Shown here: in pieces, positions 49,900 through 63,700 of the stretch | Position numbering within the stretch: position 1 is the stretch's first letter | Layout of the letters: each line of letters starts with the position of its first letter | Assembly: GCF_004010195.1 (NCBI RefSeq) | Contig: NC_057728.1 | Coordinates: 44,852,286 to 44,916,285 of the forward strand | Source: Chiloscyllium plagiosum | Lineage: Eukaryota | DNA: 64,000 nucleotides | Direction: 5' to 3' | Program-made: the position numbers and the translations under genes | Notes under the pieces: model-generated | The model's input: the letters and a program-made list of their open reading frames with translations, nothing else | Databases searched by the model: none | Told to the model about the DNA's origin: nothing

Positions 49900-52800
49900 T
49901 ATCAATTAAAGGTCAATGGGAAGAATATTTCCTGATTACAAACTGAAAGACCAGTACAATTGCTTTTAAAAACACATTAAGTAAATCAAATGTATTCCCA
50001 GATGTGTTGTACTTTATGTTATAGGAGCTAGTGGACTCATTGTGGTTCATACTGGTTACATGTGTAACAAGTGTTTGTTGTTTGAGGACCTCTGGCTCAG
50101 AGGTCAAAAGTTGGAGTCTGAGCTTTGAACACTGATATATTATCAGGGTGGAAAAGTTACCTGACCTGGATGCTGGATTCAGGAGGCAGTCACACCCCTT
50201 AGATTCGGTCAGGGACAGGAGGGTGTGACTGTGAATGAGGCAGGTGGAAGGATCCAAGAGGCAGTATTAAAGGAGCCTCAGCCCTTGATCTTGTCTAACA
50301 GGATTGAGATTCTAACTCCCTGTATTGATGAGAGTGGGGGCAATTAGGAGGATGAGCAAACTAACCATAGCACCATTGTACAGGGAGGTATTCAACAGGG
50401 GGGAATAAAGAGAAATGTATTTGTAATTGGGGATAGAATAGGCAAGGGAATAAATGCTGTCTCTATTGCCGGAATTGAGAGTCCAAAAGGCTGCATTGCC
50501 TGCCTGGTGCCCAGGTTCAGGACATTTCATCTGGGCTGCTATGGAACATAGGGTGGGAGGGGAAAGATCCAGTTGTCATGTTCCATGTAGGTACCAATAA
50601 TGTAGGTAGAATGAAGAAAAAGGTTCTGTTGAGGGAATATGAACAGCTAGCGGCTAAATTAAGAAAGCATAACTAAAAAGGCTGTATTCGCCAGATTACT
50701 CCCTGCACAGCAGGCTTATTGGCACAATGTCAGCAAGATTAAAGAGGTAAATGCATGGCTCAAAGATTGCTGTCGGAGAAGCAGGTTCAACTTCATATGA
50801 CATTGGCACCAATACTGGAGAAGGACAATAGATAATAGGTGCAGGAGTAGGCCATTCTGCCCTTCGAGCCAGCACCACCATTCATTATGATCATGGCTGA
50901 TCATCCTCAATCAATATCCTGTTCCTGCCTTATCCCCATAACCCTTGATTCCACTATCCTTAAGAGCTCTACCCAACTCTTTCATGAAAGTATCCAGAGA
51001 CTTGGCCTCCACAGCCTTCTGGGGCAGAGCATTCCACACACTCACCATTCTCTGGATGAAGAAGTTTCTCCCCAGCTCTGTTCTAAATGGCCTACCCCTT
51101 ATTTTTAAACTGTGTCCTCTGGTTCGGGAGGGACCTGTTCCAATGGGTAAGCTCCATTTGAATCGTGCTAGGACTAGAGTCCTGGCGAATCACTTAACTG
51201 TAGACAGTACTTTAAACTAAATAGTTGGAGTGTGGTGTTAGTTGCATGAAAGTCAATGGAGATAAAGGAGAAAGTAGGATTGATGGTTAGTGATAGAGTT
51301 GATTGGGTGACCAGAAAGCAAGAGGAAGGAACAGAATGTGTGAATGTCATATTGTACCAAGGAACCATAAAAGTACAGGGCAACTTAACTTTGTTAAGGA
51401 CTTGGTATCTTAATGCATAAAACATTTGGATGACTGATAGTACAAAACTAGGTAAATTGAAGTCACAAGGGATCAGGAGAGGTTATTATGTTTCCAGATG
51501 AATGATTAGGACAGAGAGTATGGAAAAGATCAGGAATCTAACTTCTGGCACAGCAGATAAGAGGACATCTAAGAGAAGGGGGCAGTCAATGCAGGACTGA
51601 GGGTGTTGTACTTAAATGAGCACAGTGTACAAAACAAGGTAAATTGTGCTGATTGATATTGGCAAATATAATGTTGTGGACATTACAGACACATGGCAAC
51701 AAGGGAATCAGGGATGGGAAACAAATATCCAAGGATAAGTGTCCTGTTAAATGGACAGGCAGATGGGTAGAGCGGGTGGTGTTGCCTTGTTTGTAAAAAT
51801 TAAATGAAATCAATAGCAAGAAATGATATAGTTGGAAGCATATAATTTATGTGACTAAAGCTGAGGAACTGCAAAGGAGAAAAGACCTTGATGGGAGTTA
51901 TGTATGGCAGTGGTCAGGATGTAGGGCAGAAAATAAATTAGAAGATAGAATAGGCATGTAAGAAAGGCACAATTACAATAATCAATATCAGGTTGACAGC
52001 GGATGCTGAGAAAAGTAATTTGTGGAATGTCTACGAGATGGTTTTATTAAAACAGCTTGTGGTAGAGCCTACGACGGAACAGGCAATTGGTGATGTGTAA
52101 TGAGTTAGATTTGATTAAGGAGCTTAAGGTGAAGGAACCCCTAGGGAGCAATGACCATAATATGATAGAATTCACCTTGCAGTTTGAGAAACTGGAATCA
52201 GGCGTAATTATATTACAATTAAGTAAAGGTAATTGCAACAACATGAAGGAGGAACCAACCCGAGTTGATTGGAAGTGGAACCTAGCAGAGAAGATAGTGG
52301 AGCAGCATTGGCAGGAGTTTCTAGTAGTAATTTGGGAGTTGCAGCAAATACTTATTCCAAGGAAGAAGAAAAATGCTAAGGTGGGGACAAGGCAACCATG
52401 GCTGTCAAGGGAAGTCAGGTACAGCAGAAAAGCAAAAGAAAAAGCATACAATGGAATGAAGATTAATGGAAAGCCAAAAGATTGGGAAGCTGTTTAAAGC
52501 TGCCAGGGACAACAAAAGCAAGCAATAAGTGGGGGAGAAGATGAAATGAGAAATCAGCTAGGTAGTAGAATGAAAGAAGATTGGTAAAAGGTAGATAACT
52601 TGACCGCTGGCAGATGAGGCTGGAGAAGCAGTAATTGTAAACAAAGAAACAATGGAAAAATGAATAGAAACTTTATATCAGAATTCATGGCGGAAGATAC
52701 CAGCAGCATACCAGAGCTCCAAGAGAGTCAGAGGGCAGAGGTGACTGCAGTGGCCATCACCAAAGAGAAGATGCTGGGGAAGCTGAAAGGTATGAAGGTG

Positions 52801-52987
52801 GATAAATAACCTGGACCTGGACCTGTAGCTCAGGATTCTCAGGGACCTAGCTGAGGAGATTCTGGAGGTATTATAGTGATCTTTCAGGAATCACTTCAGT
52901 CAAGGAATGTCCTAGACAACTGGAAAATGGTTATTGTAACATCCCTTTTTAAGAGTGGAAGGAGGCAGATGATTATAGGCCAGTTAG
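49900..52987 (+). mobile_element. Old CR1 LINE (ORF1, EN, start of RT), resumes 57199-57590; contains a reverse CR1 3' tail at ~50826-51127
   Basis: CLPGA/VMFHVGTNNV ORF1 remnants; EPLGSNDHNMIEF; YRPVS|LTSVVGK split across the nested element. Confidence 0.85.
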
Positions 52988-55900
52988 TATGGTGAGGTCA
53001 GTGCAGGAGAAAGAGAGAGAAAGAAACTGACACCAGAGTGAACCTGCACAGTTACTGCCTTTGCTATTTGAATTCATGTGTCACGAGACATCGGAGTCCG
53101 TCTGGAAAAATTAACAAACAGTGAAATTCACAACTGATCTTGGAGAAACTGTTTGAGTGAAGTTCACAGCACAGAATCAGATAAGTTAATTGTTTTAAGT
53201 GGCCTACAGAAAGTCTGCAGTAGTGTGTAGTGTGGGTTCTTTCTTGATTATATGTTTTTTGAGATATGTCTCTTGATTAAACTTAAAATATAAGCCGTAA
53301 CTATTAATCTAACCTGGGGCAGTGTTTTCTGGGTCTGTAGATTGTGAAGGAGCAAACATAGTCTTTAGTAGAGTGATATGTGCTTCTTGTCAGATGTGGG
53401 AGTTTAAAGAGAGTTTAAGGGTTGCTGCGGATTATGTCTGCAATAAATGCTGTTGGTTGCAAATCTTATCAGATTGAATGGATCGGTTGGAGAGGCAGTT
53501 AGAAGCAATGAGGAATTTGTAACATCAACAGTCTGTGATGGATGGCAGTTATAGGAAGAGGGGAAAGTCTCAGATACAGTCACATAGATGGGTTAACTCC
53601 AGAAAAGGTAAGAGAGGTAGGCATCTAGTGAAGGTGTGTTCTGTGGCTATACCCATTTCAAACAAGTATGCTGTTTTGGAAAATGTAGGGGATGATGGAT
53701 TCTCAGGGGAACGTAGCACAAACAGTCAAGTTTCTGGTATTGAGACTGGCTGTAATGCAACGAGGGGTATGCCAGGTTCCAAGAAACCAATTGTGTTGGG
53801 GGATTCTCTAGTCCGAGGTACGAACAGAAGTGGCCAGCTGCATAAAAGTAGAATGGTGTGTTGCTTCCCTAGTGCCAGGATCAAGGATGTCTCAGAGACA
53901 GTGCAGAATGTTCTCAAGAGGGAGAGGGGCCAGCGAGAGGTCATTGTCCACATTGGAACCAACAACATAGGAATAGAAAAAGTTGAGGTTCTGAAGGGAG
54001 ATTACAGAAAGTTAGGCAGGAATTTAAAAAGGAGGTCCTCGAGAGTAGTAATTTCTGGAATATTCCTGGTGCTACAAGCTAGTGAGGTCAGGAATAGGAG
54101 GATAGAGCAGATGAATGCATGGCTGAGGAGCTGGTGTATGGGAGAAGGATTCACATTTTTGGATCATTGGAATCTCTTTTGGGGTAGAAGTGACCTGTAC
54201 AAGAAGGACGGATTGCACCTAAATTGGAAGGGGACGAATATACTGGAAGGGAGATTTGCTAGAGCTGTCAGGAGGATTTAAACAAGTAAGATGGGGTGGG
54301 GGTAGGAACCAGGGAGATAGTGAGGAAAGAGATCAATCTGAGACTGGTACAGTTGAGAACAGAAGCGAGTCAAATAGTCAGGACAGGCAGGGACAAAGCA
54401 GAGAAGGTAGGACTAATAAATTCAACTGCATTTATTTCAATGCAAGAGACCTAACAGGGAAGGCAGATGAACTCAGGGCATGGTTAGAAACATGGGACTG
54501 GGATATCATAGCAATTACTAAAACATGGCTCAGGGATGGACAGGACTGGCAGCTTAATGTTCCAGGATACAAATGCTACAGGAAGGATAGAAAGGGAGGC
54601 AAGAGAGGAGGGGGAGTGGCGTTTTTGATAAGGGATAGCATTACAGCTGTGCTGAGGGAGGATATTCCTGAAAATACATCCAGGGAAGTTATTTGGGTTG
54701 AACTGAGAAATAAGAAAGGGATGATCACATTATTAGGATTGTATTATAGACCCCCCCTAATAGTCAGAGGAAATTGTGAAACAAACTTGTAAGGAGATCT
54801 CNNNNNNNNNNNNNNNNNNNNNNNNNNNNNNNNNNNNNNNNNNNNNNNNNNNNNNNNNNNNNNNNNNNNNNNNNNNNNNNNNNNNNNNNNNNNNNNNNNN
54901 NNNNNNNNNNNNNNNNNNNNNNNNNNNNNNNNNNNNNNNNNNNNNNNNNNNNNNNNNNNNNNNNNNNNNNNNNNNNNNNNNNNNNNNNNNNNNNNNNNNN
55001 NNNNNNNNNNNNNNNNNNNNNNNNNNNNNNNNNNNNNNNNNNNNNNNNNNNNNNNNNNNNNNNNNNNNNNNNNNNNNNNNNNNNNNNNNNNNNNNNNNNN
55101 NNNNNNNNNNNNNNNNNNNNNNNNNNNNNNNNNNNNNNNNNNNNNNNNNNNNNNNNNNNNNNNNNNNNNNNNNNNNNNNNNNNNNNNNNNNNNNNNNNNN
55201 NNNNNNNNNNNNNNNNNNNNNNNNNNNNNNNNNNNNNNNNNNNNNNNNNNNNNNNNNNNNNNNNNNNNNNNNNNNNNNNNNNNNNNNNNNNNNNNNNNNN
55301 NAGTATACTTAAGAGGGCAATCAGGAGGGCAAAAGGGGAACATGAGATACCTTTGGCAAATAGAATTAAGAAGATTCCAAAGGGTTTTTACAAATATATT
55401 AAGGACAAAAGGGTAACTAGGGAGAGAATAGGGCCCCTCAAAGATTAGCAAAGTGGCCTATGTGTGTAGCTGCAGAAAATGGGGAGATATGAAACGAGTA
55501 GTTTGCATCAGTATTTACTGTGGAAAAGGATGTGGAAGATATAGACTGCAGGGAAATAGATGTTGACACCTTGCAAAATGTCCATATTACAGAGGAGGAA
55601 GTGTTGGATGTCTTGAATTGCATAAAGGTGGATAAATCCCCAAGACCTGATCAAGTGTAGCCTTGAACTCTGTGGAAAGCTAGAGAAGTGATTGCTGGGC
55701 CTCTTGCTGAGATATTTGTATCATCGATAGTCACAGGTGAGGTGCCAGAAGACTGGAGATTGGCAAACATGGTGTCACTGTTTAAGAAGGGCGGTAAAGA
55801 CAAGCCAGGGAACTATAGACCGGTTAGCCTGACCTCAGTGGTGGGCAAGTTGTTGGAGGAAATCCTGAGGGACAGGATGTACATGTATTTGGAAAGGCAA

Positions 55901-57198
55901 GGACTGATTAGGGATAGTCAACATGGCTTTGTGTGTGGGAAATCATGTCTCACAAACTTAATTGAGTTCTTTGAAGAAGTAACAAAGAGGATTGATGAGG
56001 GCAGAGCAGTAGATGTGATCTATCTGGACTTCAATAAGGCGTTCGACAAGTTTCCCCATAGGAGACTGGTTAGCAAGGTTAGATCTCATGGAATACAGGG
56101 AGAACTAGCCATTTGGATACAGAACTGGCTCAAAAGTAGAAGACAGAGGGTGATGGTGGAGAGTTGTTTTTCAGACTGGAGGCATGTAACCAGTGGAGTG
56201 CCACAAGGATAGGTGCTGGGTCCTCTACATTTTGTCATTTACAAAAATGATTTGGATGTGAGCATAAGAAGTACAGTTAGTAAGTTTGCAGATGACACCA
56301 AAATTGGAGGTGTCGTGGACAGGGAAGAAAGTTACTTCAGGTAACAACAGGATCTTGATCAGATGAGCCAATGGGCTGAGAAATGGCAGATGGAGATTAA
56401 TTCAAATAAATGCGAGGTGCTGCATTTTGGGAAAGCAAATCTTAGCAGGACTTATACACTTATTTCTAAGGTCCTAGGGAGTGTTGCTGAACAAAGGACC
56501 TTGGAGTACAGGTTCATAACTCCTTGAAAGTGAAGTCGCAGGTAGATAGGATAGTGAAGAAGGTGTTTGGTATGATTTCCTTTATTGGTTTGAGTATTGA
56601 GTACAGGAGTTGGGAGGTCATGTTGCAGCTGTACAGGATATTGGTTTGGCCACTGTCGGAATGTTGCGGGCAATTCTGGTCTCCTTCCTATCGGAAAGAT
56701 GTTGTGAAACTTGAAAGGGTTCAGAAAAGATTTACAAAGATGTTGCCAGGTTTGGAGGATTTGACCTATAGGGAGAGGCCTAACAGACTGGGGCTGTTTT
56801 CCCTGGAGCGCGGAGGCTGAGGGGTGACCTTATAGAGGTTTATAAAATCATGAGGGGCATGGATAGGATAAATAGATAAAGTCATTTCCCTGGGGTCAGG
56901 GAGTCCAGAACTAGAGGGGATAGGTTTAGGGTGAGGGGGGAAGATATAAAAAAGACACATAGGTTAACTTTTTCACACAAAGGGTGGAACGTGTATGGAA
57001 TGAGCTGCCAGAGGATGTGGTGGAGGCTGGTACAATTGCACCATTTAAAAGGCATTCAGATGTGTATATGAATAGGAAGGGTTTTAAGGGATATGGGCCA
57101 GGTGCTATCAGGTGGGACTAGATTGGGTTGGGATATCTGGTTGGCATAGGCGGGTTGGACCGAAGGGTCTGTTTCCATGCTGTACATCTCTATGACTC
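52988..57198 (+). mobile_element. Near-full-length HER1-like CR1 LINE nested in another CR1
   Basis: ORF1 with CxxC..CxxC finger and SGNH esterase (IVLGDSLVRG, VHIGTNNI, DGLHLN); ORF2 EN (YFNARDL, IAITKTWL, GGGVA) and RT (NYRPVSLTSVVGK, YLDFNKAFDK, SGVPQG, KFADD); stops present. Confidence 0.95.
54802..55301. other. Assembly gap (500 N)
   Basis: Run of N. Confidence 1.
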
Positions 57199-57591
57199 TA
57201 GCCTGACGTCAGTAGTTGGTAAAATTTTAAGGACGTTGTGAAAGGTGAGAATGCATGATAAAATAGGGGTAAGTCAGCACAGCTTTGTCAAAGGGAGGTC
57301 AAGCCTGAAAAATTTGTTAGAATTCTTTGAGGGTGTAACAAACAAGTTAGACAAAGGAGAGCCAGTTAATATGATCTATTTGGATTCCCAGAAGGCCTTT
57401 GACAACGTACCACATCGGAGGCTGCTGTATATAGGATAACAAGCTATGGTATTATGGGCAAGGTACGATCATAGATCGAGAATTGGTTGACTGGTAGAAG
57501 GCAGAGAATGATAATAAAGGGGTCTTATTCAGCATGGCAGCTGGTGTCAAGTAGAGTATCATAGTAGCCAGTGTTGGTACCACAACTATTC

Positions 57592-58790
57592 AAGCCTGTA
57601 CTCAATGGAGTTTAGAAGGATGAGGGAGATCTCATAGAAATTTACACAATACTGAGATACTGTGGACGTGGAGAAGATGTTGCTACTCAATAGAGAAGCT
57701 AAGACTCAAGGGCACAGCCTCAGAGTGAATGGACAACCCTTTAGAAATCAAATGAGGAAGAATTTCTTCAACCAGAGGGTGCGTAATCTGTGGAACGCAT
57801 TGCTGCAGGAGGCTGTGGAGGCTGAGATATTGACTGTATTTCAGACAGAGATAGATAGGTTCTTGATTAATAAGGAGATACAGGGTTGCAGGGAGAAGGT
57901 AGGAGAATGGATTGAGAAACGTATCAGCCATTATCAAATGCCAGAGCAGACATAATGGGCCAAATGGCCTAATTCTCTTCCTATATGTTATGGTCTTACA
58001 GCTGTGGTGAGAGTACATCTGCAATTCTGTGTGCAGTATTGGTCATCTTATTAAAGGAAGGATACACTATGACCGGTCCAGAGGATGTTTACTGGACTAA
58101 TACCTGGAAAGAGTGATTTATCTCATAAGCAAAGGTCAGGTCAGGCTTGTATCCCACTGGAGTTTAGAAGTGTAAGACATGACTTGTGTGAAACATATGA
58201 GCTCCTGAGGGATCCTGACAGGGTGGACTTCGAGGGGCTTGTCTGCTTGTCCAAGAATCTAGAAATAGAGTTTGCTGTTTAAAGGTAAGAAGTCACTAAT
58301 TTAAGACAAAGACTAGGAGAATTTAATTGACACAAATAGCTGTTAATCTTTGGAACTGTCTTGCACAAAGGCTTCATATTGGTTGTAACAAGGTGGAGCT
58401 CAGAGAATATGAGTTCCCTGATTGGGGCTGTTAATCCGGTACAGTCAGGGAGCCTTGGCTGACAGAAATAAACAAGAGGGTCAGAAGTTCTACTCAATCT
58501 GAGAGTTGGCTCTGAGGAAGCTGGATCAGTGTCAAGGATTTCCTATATGTAAATAAAGGGTGACTTGGTGATGGGATACCTGTGGCCTCTGTGGAGTTAC
58601 TTCAGGCATTACAAGCAGAGTCCTTGAATATTTTTAAAACAGAGACAGATAGATTTTTAGTAAGAAAGAGAGTGAATTGTTAATGGGGTAGCCTGGAATG
58701 TGGAGCTGAGGTTACAATTAGATCATTTTCTTCAATGATGTAGCAGGCTAGAGGGACCAAGTAGCTTCCTGCTGCTTCTGATTGATATAC
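57592..58790 (+). mobile_element. Cluster of CR1 3' fragments
   Basis: HSLRVNGQPFRNQMRKNFFNQRVRNLWNAL, plus a second decayed C-terminal RT copy. Confidence 0.8.
58373..58604 (+). mobile_element. Probable short solo LTR
   Basis: Interrupts a CR1 fragment; AATAAA near the 3' end; ends ...ttca; ggc on both flanks. Confidence 0.5.
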
Positions 58791-59249
58791 ATGTCTGCTT
58801 GTAGCTGTAAAAGAAGTTGCTGCATCAGGTCATTGGTGTTGTTATCGTTAGTGTTGTTATCATTGGCGTCTTCAACAGAATGAACAGACCAATTTGTTAT
58901 AAAGTAAAATACTGCAGAAGCTGGAAACCTAAATTAAAAACAGAAAGCGTGGAGAATGCAAGGTTGGCAGCACCTGCAGAGAAAGTAACAAGCATTAAGA
59001 TTCCGAGTCTGGCATGACTGTTTGGAATGCTTCAGGAGCCAAAGTGACTCTTCAGCTCTGGAGGAAGATCAAGATTGCAACTCCGGTCAAAAGCTTGACA
59101 AAGTTTCTGGAAGTACAAATTTCATCGAGAACACAGAAAAAAAGATTATTTTGAAGAACAATATTACTATCACAATTGATTCTTTTGCTTTCTCTGAATA
59201 TGGAGGAAATGTTAAACGAGCAAATATCCTAAGGTTTTGTTTTTGTTGA

Positions 59250-59890
59250 CAGGATGTGCATGTTGCTGTCTCAGTCAGCACTGATGCTCACCTTTAATGA
59301 TTCTTGAAAAGCTGATGGTAGGCCCTCCTCTCAAACTGTTGCAGTACATTTACTCTTGGTACAGCCATTCTCAGGAATAGTATTAACAAAGGAGTTAAAC
59401 GTTTTTATCCAGCAACTGTGAAGGAAGAGTAATACAGTTTCATGTCAGGATGGGGTTTAACTTGGAAGGGACTTGCAGGTGGTGGCGTTTCTGTGCATCT
59501 GATACCCTTCTCCTTCTCAATGCCAAAAGCTGTGGATTGGGAGGTACTGTTGGAAGATCCTTGGTGAGTTTCTCCAGTGAGTCTTGTAGATGGTACACAC
59601 TGTAGTCACTATGCATCTGGAATGGAGGGAATGAATACCACAGGCTATGGAAGGGTCCCAATTCAGCAGGCTGCTTTGACTTGGTTGGTGTCAAGCTTTT
59701 TGAGTGTTGCTGAAACTACACTCATCCAGGCAAATGGAGAGTCTTCCATCACTTGTGCCTGACTCGTGCCTTTTAGATGATGGACAGGATTTGGGATATT
59801 AAGAGATGAGTTACTTGCTGCAGAATTCCCAGACTCTGTTGGCTCTTGTAGACCTAATATCTAAATGGCCGGTCCAGCTCAGTTTTTAAT
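59250..59890 (-). mobile_element. L2/CR1-group LINE 3' region
   Basis: Reverse complement resembles 17500-18110. Confidence 0.7.
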
Positions 59891-60299
59891 CAATGCTAAC
59901 TCCGCTCACAGTTTTCTCCCACCCCTGCCACTCTCTAATGCTTTTTGTCCAGACACACAAATCTTGCTCAGCCTCTATAGCTGCTCTGTGTTTCTCAAGT
60001 GATGAGCAGGAGCGGGTTGCAGCAGAGGTGCAGTTGAGTGGAAGCAATAGAGAGCAGTGTGAGGGACAAGAGTGATCAGTGAAGTGACTTGGGAGGGAGC
60101 AGTAAAGAGAGTAAGATGAAACAATGGAGGATATTAGAAGAGCAGCAGAGAGAGTAAGAAGTAACATTAAATGGAGTCTGGGAAACAGTGAGGGGAGAAG
60201 GAAGAAAGAAGTGTTGAAAAGCATGGAAAAAAGCAGAGAAGTGTGATGGAAGGATCAATTAAGTGATTGTGAGGGAGAGCCAGAATGAGCAGAATGGAG

Positions 60300-60710
60300 C
60301 TGTCAACATACAAAGAAGGAGTGGGCCACTTGATCGTTCAGTGAGGTCATGGCTGATCTAATGACTCCAAATCCCTGCCTACCTACAAGTACCTTTCTGC
60401 CATTGCTTACCAAGAACCTACCAATCTGACCCTGATAAATATTCAAAAGCTATGCTTTCATCACTGTTTGAGGAAGAAATTCTAAAGGTCCATGATCCTT
60501 TGTGTGAAAAAATGCTTCTTAAATGGGTGACCATTTATTTTGAGACAATGACTCATATTTCTAGAATGTCTCACAAGAGAAAACATCTCTTTCGCTTTCA
60601 CTCTGTCAGGACCTCCCAGAATCTTATATGTTTCAATCAAATCACTTCAGTCTTCAAAAGTGCAGTGGAGCCTTGTTCATCCAACCTTACCTTGCAAGAC
60701 AATCTGCCAA
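60300..60710 (-). mobile_element. Old CR1 3' fragment
   Basis: aacatacaaagaaggagtgggccac tail and decayed reverse CR1 3' sequence. Confidence 0.6.
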
Positions 60711-63700
60711 TTCCAGGTAAAAGGATTGAATTTTACCAGGCTCTGAGGAACACGGACTATGGTGACATGAGCAATAGAACTGGGTGGAATGTCTGGCCCA
60801 GTTTATCTCACCACAGCTTGCATACTTTTCTCAAGCAGGCCTGTGAGATTCTCACTAGGCAGCAGCGAGTTCCCAGGTGATCCTGGTAAATGCCTTGTCA
60901 ACAACCCAACTCGCCATACCAACTGGCCATTAGGAAAATTCAACATGGAAACCAGAACAAGTTCATAACTGGTTCAATTTGTCAGTGGCTTCAAAGACCT
61001 TCCTGATGGATGCTCGGCACCAACATCTTAGGTACACACATGGGCACTGACCGCATACACCCCACATCCATAGACTAGGTATTCAAACTGTGCCAGCAAC
61101 TCCAATCTCTCATGGCCCAGAGCTGATCCATTTTACAGGATGATTCTGCACTTCATGCTTTATCTCAGATCCACTAGTACCTATGATTATAATATGCAGC
61201 AAGGACTGTGTTCGCTCAGGCGCACACACACCCAGATCACGAACTGGACCAGATTGTGTCTCCAGCATCTTTGTTTGTTCCAAATCTCACTCTCCTTGTT
61301 CCTACCTGCATTGCTGTGTCATCTCTCAGCCAGAGATATCAGGTTCGTTTTACTACTGACCCGCTGTACCACTTAGCGCTGACACAAAGCTAGGAAGCTT
61401 GTCACAGTAGTCAGCAGGCCTCAGTCCAGTCAAAGGGGATAGCCTTCACTCAGGGGACCCTAGCTCAGCAAGGGCAACCTCTGAGACCAATCCAGGCCCT
61501 TCCCAGGGTAGTCAGAGTCAGGATCCTCGGCTGATAAGGGGTAAAGAGCTGAATAATGGTTAGCACACCTTCCTTGTCTCTTTCTGTCCTGTTGTGGGCT
61601 GTTTCCTCTTCGAATAAGAGTGAGGCTGGTATTAAGATAAAGGTGAGTGACCAGCTATTACTGTGGAGAAGTGTCCCAAGCCAATGAGTAGGCAAGTACA
61701 GAATGAATGATGTCACAGGTTGAGGTGGGTGAGAGCAATGAGGAAGATGCTGCTAGTATTAGCTAGAGTAGTGGAGAGATTGGCCAGAGATATGTCCAAT
61801 AGCAGAGATAGAGAACTTCCAAGAAGAGTCATACTAGACTTGAAAAGTTAACTCTGTTTTCTCTCTCTATAGATACTGCCAGACCTGTTGAGTCTCTCCA
61901 ACATTTTTTGTTTCTATTTGCATCAAATATCTCACTAGTCACAACTCTTAAGACTTTAAGATGAAGTCCATCAGGGTCTTGGAACTTGTCAGCCTAAGAT
62001 TCCAATAATTTGTCAGTGAAGAGTCTGGAGAGGTATGATCGAGGGAGTGTTAAGTGAGGGGAAGGGAGAACAATATTGCTTATATTTTGCTGTCTTAGAT
62101 GTGGGTAGTTGTCTGTTGATTTTGCTGCCTGCTCTCTCTCCTGCACCTACTGCCTCTCACTCCTTGTTACTTCTCAGTTCCCTCCAGCCACTGTCTCTCA
62201 TGTCCCTGCTTTTGTCCAACCCAAAATTCCTCCTGCTCTCTACCAATCCAGTGGTGATCAGTGAAGAACAATGGAGAGGCTTGGGGGGAACATGAGTGGA
62301 AGGGAGTTGTGGAGGGAGGGGAGTGGCAGAAGGAACAGTAATGAGTCTTGAAATGAGTGGTGAGTTGGCAGGAGTGAGACCAGTGTTTTTGTTCTTTTCT
62401 GGTTTCGTTTTAGCTATGCTGCTTTTGACGTTTGGGATGTTGCTGCCAGTGACATCACAACATTACAACTCTGTCAAAGCATGTATGGGGATCTACCCTT
62501 TTGCCATTTCAGTGTTAGAAAAACAGCCTAAAAATGGTGAGATTGAAATAGCAGCAAGAGGAATGAAGAGCTAGAGAGATGTGCAGTGACATTAAATCTC
62601 TGTCATCCCTGTACCTATGGGCACATAAGGTTCAAATCATCCCTACAGTTAAACAGTCCCAAATTGCAAACAAATAGTATTTTATTTAAAGAGAGTGTAT
62701 ATTTATTTTAGAGATGGAGAGACAGATGGCTGGCCAGCTGGTCTAAGCACCTTACATTTGCATTGGAAATAATGCTGAAATTATTAAGCAACATTACTAA
62801 GCAACATTATTAAGTCATTCTAATCATTTTGAAGTGATTTGTGTTTAGGTATCAATAGTGCCCTCTACTGTGCGTTATCATTATCACTACGTACAAATTG
62901 AACTGCAAATACTTGGCCTCTTTCATCTGTAGCATTAACTCTATGCATGCATATGGGGAAAGAAATCAGCATATGTAAACATCTAAGAATTTATTAAATA
63001 AAATTATTCTTAAATATTGTTAAATATGCAATAAATGGGGATAGGGTGGGATGGGAGTTCTGGGTGGGATGTTTTTCAGAGAGGTTGGTGAAAATCCGAT
63101 GGGTCAAAAAGCCTCCTTCTGCTTTGTAGGAATTCTATGATTCAAAGATATGGAATTTTTTATTGGAGATTCCAATCAGGGCTACTTCAGAATTGTAAAG
63201 CCATACCTTAACTCTGATGGGTCCTTGATGGTACAGGATAGTTTAGGCAAGGCAAACTGTATGCCTTTTTTTCCAGCAGTCGCTTGCTGGTATTGGTAAC
63301 TTATTGGTAACTTAAATGTCCAGTTAAATGTATTTAATCATAGACAGCCACTTTGACAGCTCCTATGAAAGTGGAATTATGTGTAAGATAAGAGTGAGAT
63401 TCAAGTGCAGGAAGAACAGGGTACTAGGTGGGTACAGGGTAGGATTCTAGGTAAGCTGCCAAGTGGGTTTGCTCAGTGAAGGATCTGAGAAGAAGAGATG
63501 CAGGGAAGAACAAGTTAGAGGGAGTAAGAACAACATTGTGTATACCTTGCTGTTTTAGATGTGGATAGTAATCTGTCAGTCCTGCCCCCTGCTCTCTTCT
63601 GCCTCCACTTCCTCCTGCTTCTTGTTACGTCTCTGTTCCCTCCACCCACTTTCTCATGTCACAGCTTTTACCCACTCCAGCTCCATCTTACATCTGTTTC

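Noticed and set aside
54744..55451. 235-aa and 178-aa ORFs
   Set aside because: Artefacts of the N gap
60452..60880. 142-aa + strand ORF
   Set aside because: Runs antisense through an old CR1 fragment into another repeat
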